A DNA stretch of 64,000 bases from Octopus sinensis (taxonomy: Eukaryota), in assembly GCF_006345805.1 (NCBI RefSeq), contig NC_043023.1, positions 17,546,001 through 17,610,000 on the forward strand, read 5' to 3'. Below, piece by piece: positions 12,032-24,420 of this stretch. The notes beneath the pieces are model-generated. The model was not told the DNA's origin. It searched no databases and saw nothing but the letters and a program-made list of their open reading frames with translations. Every line of letters starts with the position of its first letter. Position 1 is the stretch's first letter. The translations under genes were made by a program, and so were the position numbers.

Positions 12032-13549
12032 ACGCGCATGCGTCGAGTTGTTTACTGTGTCGAGTTTTGACTAGGCGGACAGAATCCTTTGAGCTGCTCG
12101 CCAGCGGTTTGTTGGCGAGTGGAAAATAATGTATTCGGACCTTAGCGAGTACGAGCTGTCCACATCTGAGGAGGAGCTCGTTAAGGCGGTGAACAGGATG
12201 GACCAACATTTGGAGAAAATGAAGAGTTTTGCTGACGCGGCGGGAGTGAAGAGAAAGGAAGTGGACCTGACTGAACTGAAGGAGCTGTATAAGATGACAC
12301 AGAAGGTGGGAAGTGACGTAAAGTTACTACCCCCGAAAACGGTCATGGTGAATATGGAAAGGAAAACCATCACCTACAATGTGCACTCAGTGGAGAGTAG
12401 GAGAGTGGAGCAGATGAATGTATGGAAAATAGGAAAAAGCTCTCAAGGGGCTTTCGAACGAGAGTAGTACATACATAGCAAACGGAAGCGGGGATATGGG
12501 ACGGTGGTTCCCAGTTTAAAACAGCAGGAGGAGGCGGAGGCTGGCAAGTGCAACCGTAAAAGCTGAGGACTGGTGCTTCTACCCTCTTATCTTGGAAGAA
12601 AAAATTCTAAGGTGAGGGTAGAAGGAATTCCACCTGACATAAAGGTGGCTGGGTTGCGGCAGCCGTCCTCGTTGGAAGTGAGGAGGTGACTGTCCTCCAA
12701 GCCACAGAGACACAGAGGAAAGAAGTTACAAAGGAAAATTACTGGAAATGACCATACAAGCGGAGGCGAAGGAGCTGGAAAATTTGGCGGAACAGTAACC
12801 GTTGTCAGTAGGGAGAAATGGTACTGAGAGTATGGGTAGAAGGCAGAACCCCGCGGTGCTTTAAATGTGGCCAAAAAGGCCACATTAGAGCACACTGCCC
12901 CTACAGAAGAAAAAGAGCACACTGCCCCCTACAGAAGAAAAAGAGGAAAACATAGATGAACCAGTTGCGGAGACAAAGAAGAGAAAAGAGGACGAAGACA
13001 AAAGACGGACGAAAGGAGGAAGAATGGATAGTAGCAGAGAGCAGAAGTAAGAAGAGGAAGAAAAGAAAGAACACTGAGTGTGAAAGGTACCCCAGTCCAA
13101 CTCCATCCCACCCAAGACCACTCAGACCCACCCGCCCATACAGACACCAGACCCACCCACTCCTTTCCCCACAAGAAAAAAAGAAAAAGAAAAAAGAGCA
13201 GACACCAAAGAATTCAGAAAAAAACCCCTCCCAGGTGAAAAAAGGTTGCGAAAGAAAGTTGTCTTTAAGCGATAGCGAGAGTGGAAAAAGAAGGACTAGA
13301 CCAGAGATTAGAGAAGAATTCAGACTCAAAGGCAGCGAGTGGTGTTGCTCAAAGTGGGGTGAGTAGCACACTCGTCATATTTCATACTTCATTTTCAGAT
13401 ATCATGCATGTTATCATAAACTTAATCTATTTTCTCACGTTCATTTTCATGTCACTCACAGTATCATTTTATTCTTGATTGTTATATGTCTCCACATGTT
13501 TTGTAGTGTCCCCTCTGTGTAATGCCTTTATGGCAAAATAGTTGAAATA
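12032..13549 (+). mobile_element. ORF1-only non-LTR retroelement 2 (frameshifted ORF1)
   Basis: Bounded by AAGTAGCTTGTCTA (12018-12031, 13550-13563); encodes PSYLGRKNSKVRVEGIPP and VWVEGRTPRCFKCGQKGHIRAHCP (CCHC 12857-12898); 3' end TGCCTTTATGGCAAAATAGTTGAAATA. Confidence 0.8.
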
Positions 13550-14013
13550 AAGTAGCTTGTCTACCAGCCACATGGTTCCGGGTTCAGTCCTACTGCGTGG
13601 CACCTTGGGCAAGTGTTTTCTACTATAGCCTCGGGCCGACCAAAGCCTTGTGAGTGGATTTGGTAGACGGAAACTGAAAGAAGCCCGTCGTATATATGTA
13701 TATGTATGCGTGCGTATGTATGCGTGCATATATGTATATGTATGCGTTGCTTGACAATCGATGCTGGTGTGTTTATGTCCCCGTGGCTTAGCGGTTCGGC
13801 AAAATAGACCGATAGAATAAGTACTGGGCTTACAAAAGAATAAGTCCCGGGGTCGAGTTGCTCGATTAAAGTTGGTGCTCCAGCATGACCGCAGTCAAAT
13901 GACTGAAACAAGTAAAAGAGTAAAAGAGTAATATATTTACACATAATCTCAAATGCAGATAGATACGTATGTACACATAAATACGTAGATACATATATAA
14001 ATGTATATATATA

Positions 14014-14787
14014 CGAGGGGCATTCAATAAGTAATGCCCCTGACCCACTTCCCATAGCAGTAGAGCAACGACACTTGGCACAGTTATTGGTCTTCTTTTA
14101 CATAGGAACCACCCAGAGTTACGCATTTCTCCCATCGTTTGATGCAGCTCTGGAGACCGTTTTTGTAGAAGACCCCAGCTTGGTCCTCCAGCCACGACGT
14201 GACTTCAGAAATCAAGGCTGCATCATCTGGGAAACGCTTTCCTTTCAAAAACAACTTCATGGCTAGGAAGAGGTGAAAATCCGAGGGTGCAAGGTCAGGA
14301 GAGTAGGGGGATGGGGGATGAGTTCATCGCCATACGACTGTGCTTTGATCTGGCGACAAGCGAGTTGTGGACCGGAGCGTGTCCTGCAGGAGGAGGATGC
14401 CTTTGCTGATCTTGCCCCGCCTCTTGATTTTGATAGCTTCTCTTAATTTCCTCAAAGGTGAAGCATGATAGGCTCCTGTAATTGTGGTACCGTTTGCCAG
14501 GAAATCTGTCATCACTACTCCGTCCTGGTCCCAGATGACTGTGAGCATGACCTTGCCAGCGGAGGGCTGCACCCTTGCCTTCTTTGGAGGAGGTGAGTCA
14601 CGGTGTTTCCACTGCATTGACTGGGCTTTGGTCTCTGGATCATGGTGATGGACCCAGGTTTCATCCTGTGTAATCAGTCTTTTGAAAAATTTTGACTCAT
14701 CTTCATGGCACATCTCCTCGAGCACTCGACGCGTTCTTGCTTCTGGAAAGGGTGTGAGCAATATGGGAATCCATCTGGCAGACACCT
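14014..14787 (-). mobile_element. Mariner transposon, 3' part with transposase remnant, cut by assembly gap
   Basis: ARWIP, LITQDETWVHHHDPETK, SAGKVMLTVIWD and LLLQD motifs; terminus TA|CGAGGGGCATTCAATAAGTAATG. Confidence 0.9.
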
Positions 14788-14887
14788 NNNNNNNNNNNNN
14801 NNNNNNNNNNNNNNNNNNNNNNNNNNNNNNNNNNNNNNNNNNNNNNNNNNNNNNNNNNNNNNNNNNNNNNNNNNNNNNNNNNNNNNN
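14788..14887. other. Assembly gap (100 N)
   Basis: Run of N. Confidence 1.
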
Positions 14888-15599
14888 TAACATACTAAGA
14901 AATATTGACTTAATTTTAAAAATTGAAACTATTTTAAAATATTAGGAAGATCAAAAGTATTATATATTAAAAATAGGAAATAAACAAAAATAATAGATTC
15001 TACTATTTCTCAATTTCATAAAGTCTCAAAACAATTAACACACACATTAGAAAAATGTTGGCAATAAAACCAAAATTTTATTATTAAATGTTTATGTGAA
15101 AGATATAGTAAACACGTGGTAAGAAAATAATTATAATATAAAGCCAAATGTTAAACTAAATCAAACTTAAATATTACAGAAAGTACTATGTAAAACTAAA
15201 ACCTATGCAAAATGTTTCTTTTCTCAAGAAACATTTTTTTTTATTTTCGTACAAAAACTACAACATTTTATTGTACAAATGTTTCGTATAAACTGTTCTT
15301 TTACTCCAAACATTAAAATAAAATTTCAGAACTTTTTACTCAAAATGTTCCATCTTGGTCCTTGAGATAACCTTACGCGTGTCTTACCTTTTGTTCACAT
15401 ATTTCTGTTGTCCACTGCACATGAAATAATTCGCAATGAGTGCAGAGTAATCGAAGTATCTTGAATATATTTCGATTTGGATTCGTGTCCCTCCAAAACG
15501 GTGTGACACAGAAGTGCCCCAGTGTGTGGTATGTTACAAAATCTTTGAGCATGATGGAATGCGACCCTCACGCTTGGAATGCCACTTGAGGATAACACA

Positions 15600-17074
15600 T
15601 CCTGCTCTTGCAGACAAGCTCAAGACATTCTCTGAAACAAAAAAGAATTTTCTTGAAGCAAGCTAGGTTTGAAAGTAGAGGGGCATTTCGGCAACAAATT
15701 TCAATAATTGTCGAGACTTCCTATGAGATCGCCATGTGATTGCAAAGAGCAAGAAGAGCCATAATATCGGAGAGTCTCTCCGAAAACCAAGTCTACTACC
15801 TGTAGCAGAACTCGTTCAGGGGAGAGATGATGCATACAAGCTTTCCCCATTTCACTATCAAATGATACAGTCAAGTGAAGGATCGATGACTTGTCTGGAA
15901 AACATTAAAGATCAAATTCTCGACCAGGTAAAAGTGTGTACTGATGCGCTTCCGGCCATGCTTGGTCTGCAGTCAGGATTCATTGCTAGAGTGAAGGAAA
16001 ATACTTCATCTGTTGTAGTACACACCGCATACCTCATCGTGAAGCCTTACTATCCAAAACCTTCCCTACTGAAATTAGAAAACTCCTGAACGTGGCTATC
16101 AAGTTTGTCAACTTTGTTAAAGGTGGAGCCTAAACAGTCGTCTTTTTAAACTGCTGTGTAAAGATATGGATTTTGAAAGGAAGCATCGATTATTCACATG
16201 CATGTGCGAAGGCGATCAAAAAGGGAACATGCTTGGACAGCTTAATAAACGACGAGAAGTAGTGATACTTCTAGATTTACAACCGAAGGCAGATCTCCAT
16301 GACAATTTCTAGTCTGAAGACTTTCAGCTATCTCTAGCTTACCTGGCGGACAGGTATGCTAGAGAATGCTCTCGACTTTAAACTACAACGGTAAAACTTC
16401 AACATTCTCACACACCACGACATCATTGGAACCTTCATGATGAAACTCGATCTCTGAAACTATCGAATTCAGCGAGGAAATACAGCCAGTTTAGTTACTT
16501 GGATTTTGCTCTCATCCAGGGTAACTTTGATTCTGAGTTAAAGAAACAAATAATCACTCATCTAACTTGAAAATTGAATCATCAAATGCTTCTCAGATGT
16601 AGATGAAAAGGGTGAAGCTTGGATATTCATCAGGAACTTATTTCAGTGTGAAGTGACTGATGATTTGCATGAAGTGCAAGAGGACTTTCTTGAGCTGAAG
16701 TTCAACCCCTGAGCTAAGGGGTATCTTAAAACGTTATGGATCAAGTACCTTCTTACTTAGCCTCTAATCTCACATCAGATTCTTAGGATTTTAGCTATGT
16801 GTAGATCCACGAGGCTATGTGAGACTGCATTTTCCAGGCTGGTTGCAGTCAAGGCCAAGTACAGAAACAGGCTGAACGTCGAAAGAAACTTTCGTTGTGA
16901 ACTCCCTGGTATTCAACCAAGCATTCAAGAATACTAATACCAATCGTATTAAAGAAAATCGCTAAAAACATAGTTTATATTTTATTTAAAATCTGGGTGG
17001 GACTTTAATCATAGATGCAGGGGGTTCGTGGAAAGAATGACTAATCCTGGTAGTATAAAGGTTAAGGGACACTG
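15600..17074 (+). mobile_element. Decayed hAT (Buster/Charlie) transposase and right terminus
   Basis: IAKSKKSHNIGESL, VCTDALPAMLG and LCETAFS...KAKYRNRLNVE remnants; terminus AAAGGTTAAGGGACACTG followed by CTCTAGA. Confidence 0.8.
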
Positions 17075-17917
17075 CTCTAGATCAAAACTGATTGACATTC
17101 CAGACTTTCTCTAATACAAGTATATTTTGAATACATAATTCATTCTCTATTTTTAAACACATTCTTTGTTATCTTCTCTTCTCTTCTCCCTCTTCTTTTT
17201 CTTCTTCCTTTCTTCTCTCCTCCTTCCTCTTCTTCCCCTTGTTCTTCTCCTTCCTCTTCTCTCGTTACCTTCTTTCCGTTTGCTGCTGTTTCACTTTCTG
17301 TTTTACATGCTTTCTTCATAATTTACAAGTTTCCCCATTCACTTAATATCTCTAAAATTTTCATCACCCCCAATCCCACCACTCTCATTATTGACGTCTT
17401 CGTCCTTCTTGTCATCACTGTCATCATTGTTGTCTTCATTTTATCTTCCTCAATCTTCAACATCATCAAGTTCTTCATCGTTCTCTTCATTATCAACATC
17501 ATTCATTACCATGAAACATGGCGATCAGATGCAACATCTTCAACATCATCGTCATCAACACCAAGAGAAATATCACCACCAACATCATCAGCATCAATGT
17601 CATACTCCTTATCACTATAAACATGCTAATCACCATCATTAAAAGAGTAATCAACATTAACAACATCACCCCCATTCAACAACATAACATCTTCATCATC
17701 AAAACTAACGCCATATTTTCTTCACTTCTACCTAATCATCATATTAATCACTTCTCCGCAACATTATCACCATCATCATCATCATCATCATCAAGTTCAT
17801 CATGATCGTAATTTCCTTTCCCTCTCTACCTTTATCTAATTGATAAGCCATAATATTATAAATTTTGTCAAATCTTTTACATAAAATTTCTTCTTTCCTC
17901 AATTTTATGTTCCGTGT

Positions 17918-17989
17918 GGGTTTGTGGAATAATAAACTCCAGGAAATCAAAATAGGAACCTTCAGTAATCTTTCCAGGTTATCATATCT
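17918..17989 (+). pseudogene. LRR exon copy with a lost splice acceptor
   Basis: GLWNNKLQEIKIGTFSNLSRLSYL, donor GTAAGT intact; upstream reads TTTTATGTTCCGTGT where paralogues read TTTTATGTTTCAG. Confidence 0.7.
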
Positions 17990-18890
17990 GTAAGTTGAAT
18001 CAATGTTCTTTTCTAGTATTTCATTGACGGTATATTCCTAAATATGCAACATCTTCTCATCCTTCCATTTAAGCTCCCAATTCCGTCTTTCCAAAGATGT
18101 ATTTCATTGTTTATGAATGTCGGTGATTGTGATTGTGGGCCCATTTCTGTGATATGGGATATATGAGAGCATGATACATCAGGGAAAACACTGACTGCAT
18201 GCATATGTATATCTCTTGGTATGCGAGAATATTGACACGTACGAACTTTATTTCTAGATGGACGCTAAATAACATCCTTGTATAAGCGTTGTAGCTGCTT
18301 ATTCAGAACTAAATTATCATCTTTACTACTTATTTTTCCATGTTGTTGTTGTTGTTGTTTTTTCTTCTTCTTCTTCTTCTTCTTCTTCTTCTTCTTCTTC
18401 TTCTTCTTCTTCTTCTTCTTCTTCTTCTTCTTCTTCTTCTTCTTCTTCTTCTTCTTCTTCTTCTTTTTCTTCTGTCCTTTTCCTTCTAATTATCATCGTC
18501 AATTTTCTCACCGTCCGTTTCATCATCAAAATCATTAATTATCATAAAACACCGCGATCAGATGCAGAATCTTCAACACAAACATCGTCATCGCTAACAG
18601 TAACATCCCCACCAACAATATTATCATCATCCATATTATACTCGGCACCATCATAGACATACTAACCCCCATCATTATCAGAAGAATCGACATTAACAAC
18701 ATCACCTCAATCATCAGCATAATAACATCTTCGTCATCAGCACCACCACCATATTTTTTTCTCCTCTGCATCGTCAACATATTCATCATTACCACAACCA
18801 CCACCAGCACCACCACCACAATTATCATCATCGTCATCATCATCACCAGCGTCATCACCCTCATCATCATAGTCAACTTCATCCTCATGC

Positions 18891-18934
<44 letters not shown>

Positions 18935-19069
18935 TTCATCATCCAGTTTATCATCATCGTGATTTATATTCCATGTTTTCTTTTAATTGTTTAGTCATAA
19001 TTGATTAGCTATTCTGTTACACATGTGTCTTCCACACAAGTTCTTCTGAGCTAAATATTTATTTTACAG

Positions 19070-19141
19070 AGATTTGGATGGTAATGACATCAAGGAAGTC
19101 AAGGCAGAAACATTCCAAAATCTTTTGAGTTTAAGTACACT
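19070..19141 (+). CDS. LRR exon (72 nt, phase 2-2) of adhesion-GPCR-like gene
   Basis: TTTTACAG|A GAT TTG...ACA CT|GTAAGT; DLDGNDIKEVKAETFQNLLSLSTL. Confidence 0.85.
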
Positions 19142-19364
19142 GTAAGTTGAATCATTGTTGTTTATAGTATTTCATGGACGTTATATTTCTAAATGTTTAA
19201 GTCTTCCCATACTTCGTTTTATGCTCCTTCACACGTCTTTACCTTCACTATCTACCTATATCCAAAGTGTGTGCTATTTTGTATGAATGTCTTGGAATAT
19301 GAGGGCCAATTCCTGAGAATTGGGATTTATGGGTGTAAGAAAATTAACAGTAAATGTTACCCGT

Positions 19365-20274
19365 TAGAAAATAGTAAAAAGTGACAAAACTACAGAAGAC
19401 TTGTTTTAAAAGGTTAAAGAATATATATTTAAGTCAATATGTCTGAAGAATATTATAAGTTGTTTTCCTTACAATGACATAGTTTAGAAGAAAGACCGGT
19501 TTCGTGTTTAGCTTTTCAAATTTCTTACGTCGATATGTTTATGTTGAGAAGAGTTATCGTTATGTTTATGTGAAAAGAGTTCTAAATAAGGGGAGGTAAT
19601 AAGTGATTTCTTCCGTGTAAGGGAGATAATCGCTTAATTTTTTTTCTTTTCCTTTGGGGTGAATTTCTCTGTATAAGTATGTTGGAATGGTTAAGTCTGG
19701 GCTTGTACTTTTCAATGAAGAATGTTTCCTTGTTTAGTCTAGTTTGTGTTGATGATCCGATAGCACATTGGTAAAATGGACAGATTAAAAATTGTGGTAG
19801 TAGTTGCTTTGCGCATTTCTCAATGTGCTCACTAAAAGGTATCATTCTGTATTCTGGGAATGCAATCTGTTGTCGATGCAGTGTGCATCTACGTCTGAGT
19901 GATAGTCCCGTGGATCCCACGTAGTCTTGGTGGCAGCCCGAGCATTTTATGACATAAATTATTTTTGAGGCACAAGTAAAATTAGATTTGATCTTGAATT
20001 TCTGTCCCTCTTTGAAGAGGAATTCTGATCCTTCTAGCAGGTTTGGACATGTTGCACAGTTCGGTCTACATAAACATAACGATAACTCTTCTCAACATAA
20101 ACATAACTAAGTAAGAAATTTGAAAAGCTAAACGCGAAACCGGTCTTTCTTCTAAACTATGTCATTGTAAGGAAAAAAAATTATAATATTCTTCAGACAT
20201 ATTGACTTAAATATATATTCTTTAACCTTTTAAAACAAGTCTTCTGTAGTTTTTTCACTTTTTACTATTTTCTA
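19365..20274 (-). mobile_element. Truncated Penelope-like element with inverted terminal arms
   Basis: Arms 19365-19571 and 20068-20274 are inverted; minus strand encodes a GIY-YIG-like C-terminus (YVGSTG...RCTLHRQQI...RLNKETFFIEKYKPRLN). Confidence 0.8.
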
Positions 20275-20331
20275 TATATTCAACCACGTGCTTTCACAAA
20301 CCAACTTTCTTATCTATATCTATCTATCTAT

Positions 20332-20363
<32 letters not shown>

Positions 20364-20436
20364 ATATTATATATATATAATATATATATATGAATAAATA
20401 AATGTAGTTTAACGCATGTATAAATCAAATATTTTT

Positions 20437-20522
20437 ACTTTCGACACATGTTTCGAAAATTCCACTGATACCATTCAAAAGGATACACGGTATAAGCAAG
20501 GCAATTTTCTCTTCAGGGAAGT
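20437..20522 (-). ncRNA. Type I hammerhead ribozyme (inverted copy, one stem I mismatch)
   Basis: Minus strand: ACTTCC-CTGAAGA-GAAAATT...AATTTTC-GAAA-C-ATGT-GTC-GAAAGT. Confidence 0.65.
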
Positions 20523-22040
20523 GAAAAAACGAAACTCGTCAATACGACATTTTAGCAAAGAATGATGGATTTGTATAGTAATTAACTGAATGCTATTAAT
20601 ATTATTTAAAAAACGTTATCTGATATAACGTCAAAAGTAGCTTACAGAAAGAGCAGGGATATTAATAGTGAAGGTTAAATATAAAGGAAATTAAAGTTTA
20701 AATTATATATAATGATAGATACTACTTATACTTAAAGGTGTGTTTGCTTTACTTCCAAAATGTTTCCAACCAAAAGGTACAAAACGTTAAGAATAGTTTA
20801 GTTAAATTTGTCAGTAGAATGGGCTTAAAAATCGTTTTTCATGACGATATGATGAAGGCCAACTTTTTAGATATTACGCTTAATTTACACAGTGACTCTT
20901 ACTTCCCATATCGTAAACCGTTGACCAAATTTAAATACATTAGCAAATTTAGTAATCATCCTCGAGCAATTACTAAGAACTTAGTTAAGAATATATCATT
21001 TAGATTATCTAAATTATCTGCTAATGTTTATATTTTCAATGATAATGCTGAATTCTATAACTCTGCCTTAATTAAAGCAGGTTATACAGAGAAAATTTTC
21101 TACATTGATTCTACTCAGTCTAATTGTAAATTCAATAATGTAGATAAGATTTCTAGTCGTAAAAGAATTATTGATAACAATCATAACTTATGTACCGCTA
21201 CAAAGCGAATGAAGGGTTATAACCCTTATATAATCCCCTATTATCGTTCTAAAAGTAAATATAACACTTTCAAAAACAATTACGCTATAAATACTAGTAA
21301 AAATATTTGGTTAATAATTCCGTACGGGAGACAAATTAAATCTAATCTCCCACTGCTGTTTCGTCAAGATATTGTTAGGAATTTTCCAAAAAATTCTAGT
21401 TATTACTCTATTATCAATTCACATACGGTTAGGATCGGTTTTCCAACACATTGGAAGCACATCGTTAGAGTTATCTAAAAGAATTTCTATCTATTACTCA
21501 ACATTTAGAGATAGAAATAAGCGTAATAGTCTCGGCAAACTGATTTGGGATCTAAAAGACCACAATGAACAATTTCTTTTAGAATGGTTGATTCTCTCAA
21601 TCTCGATACCTTATGACAAAGGCAAGGAATTCTTTCTTCTCTGCAATTCTGAGCTAGTTTTCATTATTTTTTCTATAAGTACTCTAGTAAACACGGTTAT
21701 AGAGCGAGCATACAGATGTAAGCATTGGCAAAAACACACATTTAGTGCATATAAGTAGTCTCTATCATTATATATAAACTTTAATACAGATGTAAGCATT
21801 GGCAAAAACACACATTTAGTGCATATAAGTAGTCTCTATCATTATATATAAACTTTAATTATTAAACTTTAATTTCCTTTATATTTAACCTTCACTATTG
21901 ATATCCCTGCCCTTTCTGTAAGCTACTTTTGACGTTATATCATATAACGTTTTTTAAATAATATTAATAGCGTTCAGTCAATCGCTATACAAATCCATCA
22001 TATTTTGCTAAAATGTCATATTGACGAGTTTCGTTTTTTC

Positions 22041-22126
22041 ACTTTCCTGAAGAGAAAATTGCATTGTTTATACCGTTTATCCTTTTGAATGGTATCAGTG
22101 GAATTTTCGAAACATGTGTCGAAAGT
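22041..22126 (+). ncRNA. Type I hammerhead ribozyme in the Penelope pseudo-LTR
   Basis: Stem I ACTTTC/GAAAGT, core CTGAAGA 22047-22053, stem II GAAAATT/AATTTTC, GAAA 22109-22112, minimal stem III, GTC cleavage triplet 22118-22120. Confidence 0.75.
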
Positions 22127-22311
22127 AAAATATTTGATTTATACCTGCGTTAAACTCCATTTATTTACTCATATATTATACAAAGAATTGCACGTAAACA
22201 TGAAGTTTTTACCTTTATAAACAAGGAGTTACAACCTCTTTAATTGTGAGATTTTTGCTACCCTGGTAAATATTTATTTTTTCCGTGTTAATTGTTAACA
22301 AGGTAAAAAAA

Positions 22312-22346
22312 CACTCATTCCTTAATCTGTCCTCTTTAAGAACTCT
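22312..22346 (+). pseudogene. 3' half of an LRR exon (5' half lost)
   Basis: HSFLNLSSLRTL|GTAAGTAGAAT followed by the paralogous intron start; lies next to the Penelope insertion. Confidence 0.6.
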
Positions 22347-22906
22347 GTAAGTAGAATTATATGATTTTATAGAATTACATCAAGGTAATATTTCTAAACG
22401 CCGTAATTTCTTCCCATCATTCATTGTCGGAATCTGCGTGTGCGTGGGTGTGTCTTTTTGTTAGAGGTGGGGTATATGAGAGTGTCATATATCAGCAGCA
22501 TCCCCACCAGAATCCTTATAATCAATATCATAATCAGCATCACCACAGAAATGCTCCTCACGGTTATTATTACAAGAATATTCAACATTAACACAATCAT
22601 CTCCATCATCACAATGATAAAATCTTCTACAAACCATTCACTCTTCTCTTTTACATTATCACCATAAACATCACTACTGCAACCACAAAGTCCACTGCCA
22701 AAACACCTACCCCCTATGTTTCCCTCCTCTTCTCGCCCTCCACCTTCTCATAATCATTAACATGATGAATATTATCATCGTAACCATTATCTTCATGGCC
22801 TCTTCATCGTGATCTACATCCACCCACCATCATCCAATATTTTAGCCAAACTTCTGTCGCAGATGTGTTCTATACAATTCCTTCTTAACCCATTTTTATG
22901 TTTCAG

Positions 22907-22978
22907 ATATTTGAGTTATTATGACATCAAAGAAATCAAAGTAGACACCTTCCGAAATCTGTCCAGTTTCACATATCT
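22907..22978 (+). CDS. LRR exon (72 nt, phase 2-2), possibly degenerating
   Basis: TTTCAG|A TAT TTG...TAT CT|GTCAGC; YLSYYDIKEIKVDTFRNLSSFTYL; the LRR Asn is replaced by Tyr and the donor is weaker. Confidence 0.6.
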
Positions 22979-24135
22979 GTCAGCTAAATCATTGTTTCTT
23001 ATAGTATTTCGTTGACGATATATTTCTCAATAAGTAATGTCTTTCCATACTTAATTTTAGGCTCGCTCACCCGTCTTTCTAAGGATGTGTCTTTTTGTTT
23101 GGAAATCTGTGATTGCTAGTAGAACCCCATTTCTATGACTGGGATTATGAATGCATGATAATTCAGAGGAACCATTGAGTGAATGCAGGTGAATGAATCA
23201 GTGTGTGTGTAAAATTATGTCTCTGTCCGAAATGTGTGTTAATGTTTGTTAATGTATATAACAATGATTTATAATCCAAATCCACAGATTCGGATAATTA
23301 AGGGGAGGGGGGCAAAATACTGCACACAGCTTTATATATATATATATATATCATACTCCCATGGGCACAAACACACACGCACATACATGCACATGCGCAC
23401 GTAAGCACATACACAAGCACTCGCACACGCATTACGCCTACACAAACTCCACCAAACCACCTCCCAGACACACACACACGCACTCACAAACATGCGCACA
23501 CATACGCACGCACACGAATGCACACACCTGACACTCACAATCCCACGGATACACGTATATACTCACTAATACGCATACACGCACACACACACACACACAA
23601 CATGCACGCACACACAACAACACGCACATACACACACAAATGAGCCCACACATAGCTCCCATACACACAGCACACACTCATACATACACTCACACCATTA
23701 TACATACAGGTATACACCCATACGCACATACAAGCACACACGCATACATACACAAAGTAAAGCAGTTATGTTCCCCACACACAACCCCTACGCATACACA
23801 CACTAACACACACATACATACACACAGACACACACACACACTACAGACAAAACACACACACATACTTCAAACTACCAGTACCTGCCACTGACCATTCTTC
23901 CACGCCCATGGGTAGGTAGACACAAGAGCCACTCCTACTTCATTCTTCCTTGACCTTAAACGATACTAAGCCCAGCCACAACCACATACACACGTGCTAT
24001 CGTTACACACATACACACACACAGACCTGCGCGCATGCACATATCCACACTTACACACACATACCTCCTAATGCACTCTCCTGTCTTTGAAATAACTTTT
24101 TCTTCACCCATTCCCTTCCGGTCATTCAAAATGTA

Positions 24136-24341
24136 ACCGCGTGTGTACCGTCGGCAATTTTTCCTCCGTCCTCCCTTCTATGGATCTTTCCTTTTCCTAT
24201 GTTTCTGACGAAGAGCTCCGCTCGAAGCGTTAGATCCTCCTTCTTTCCTTCTTTCCTGAGCGTCCAATAACGCTTTACTTGTTCCACTTCCTCACGTTGT
24301 TGAGTTTTCTCTTTGTGTTTTCATGTTTGGATTAAATTTAA

Positions 24342-24420
<79 letters not shown>

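Larger units (their letters stand above)
9927..13929 (+). mobile_element. SINE family A split by two nested insertions (head 9927-9961, remainder 13550-13929)
   Basis: Head GCGCAGGAGTGGCTGTGTGGTAAGTAGCTTGTCTA continues at 13564 with CCAGCCACATGGTTCCGGGTTCAGTCC, colinear with the intact copy at 299-700. Confidence 0.9.
20391..22171 (+). mobile_element. Penelope-like element: RT C-terminus/GIY-YIG remnant between inverted pseudo-LTRs
   Basis: ORFs 20738-21478 (NFLDITLNL...PYRKP...SNHP...ISFRLSKLS) and 21372-21758; arms ~20391-20701 and ~21863-22171 are inverted. Confidence 0.85.

Noticed and set aside
9948-13563. Three identical 14-mers resembling CRISPR repeats or recombination sites
   Set aside because: Eukaryotic context, kb-scale spacing and restoration of an intact SINE show they are target-site duplications.
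15340-15600. Possible minus-strand exon with a GTAAGA donor
   Set aside because: No recognisable protein motif or partner exons; lies next to transposon debris.
17391-18957. Poly-His/Met/Phe/Glu ORFs (also 25242-25574, 30306-30650)
   Set aside because: (CAT)n and (CTT)n intronic trinucleotide tracts belonging to the duplicated intron units.
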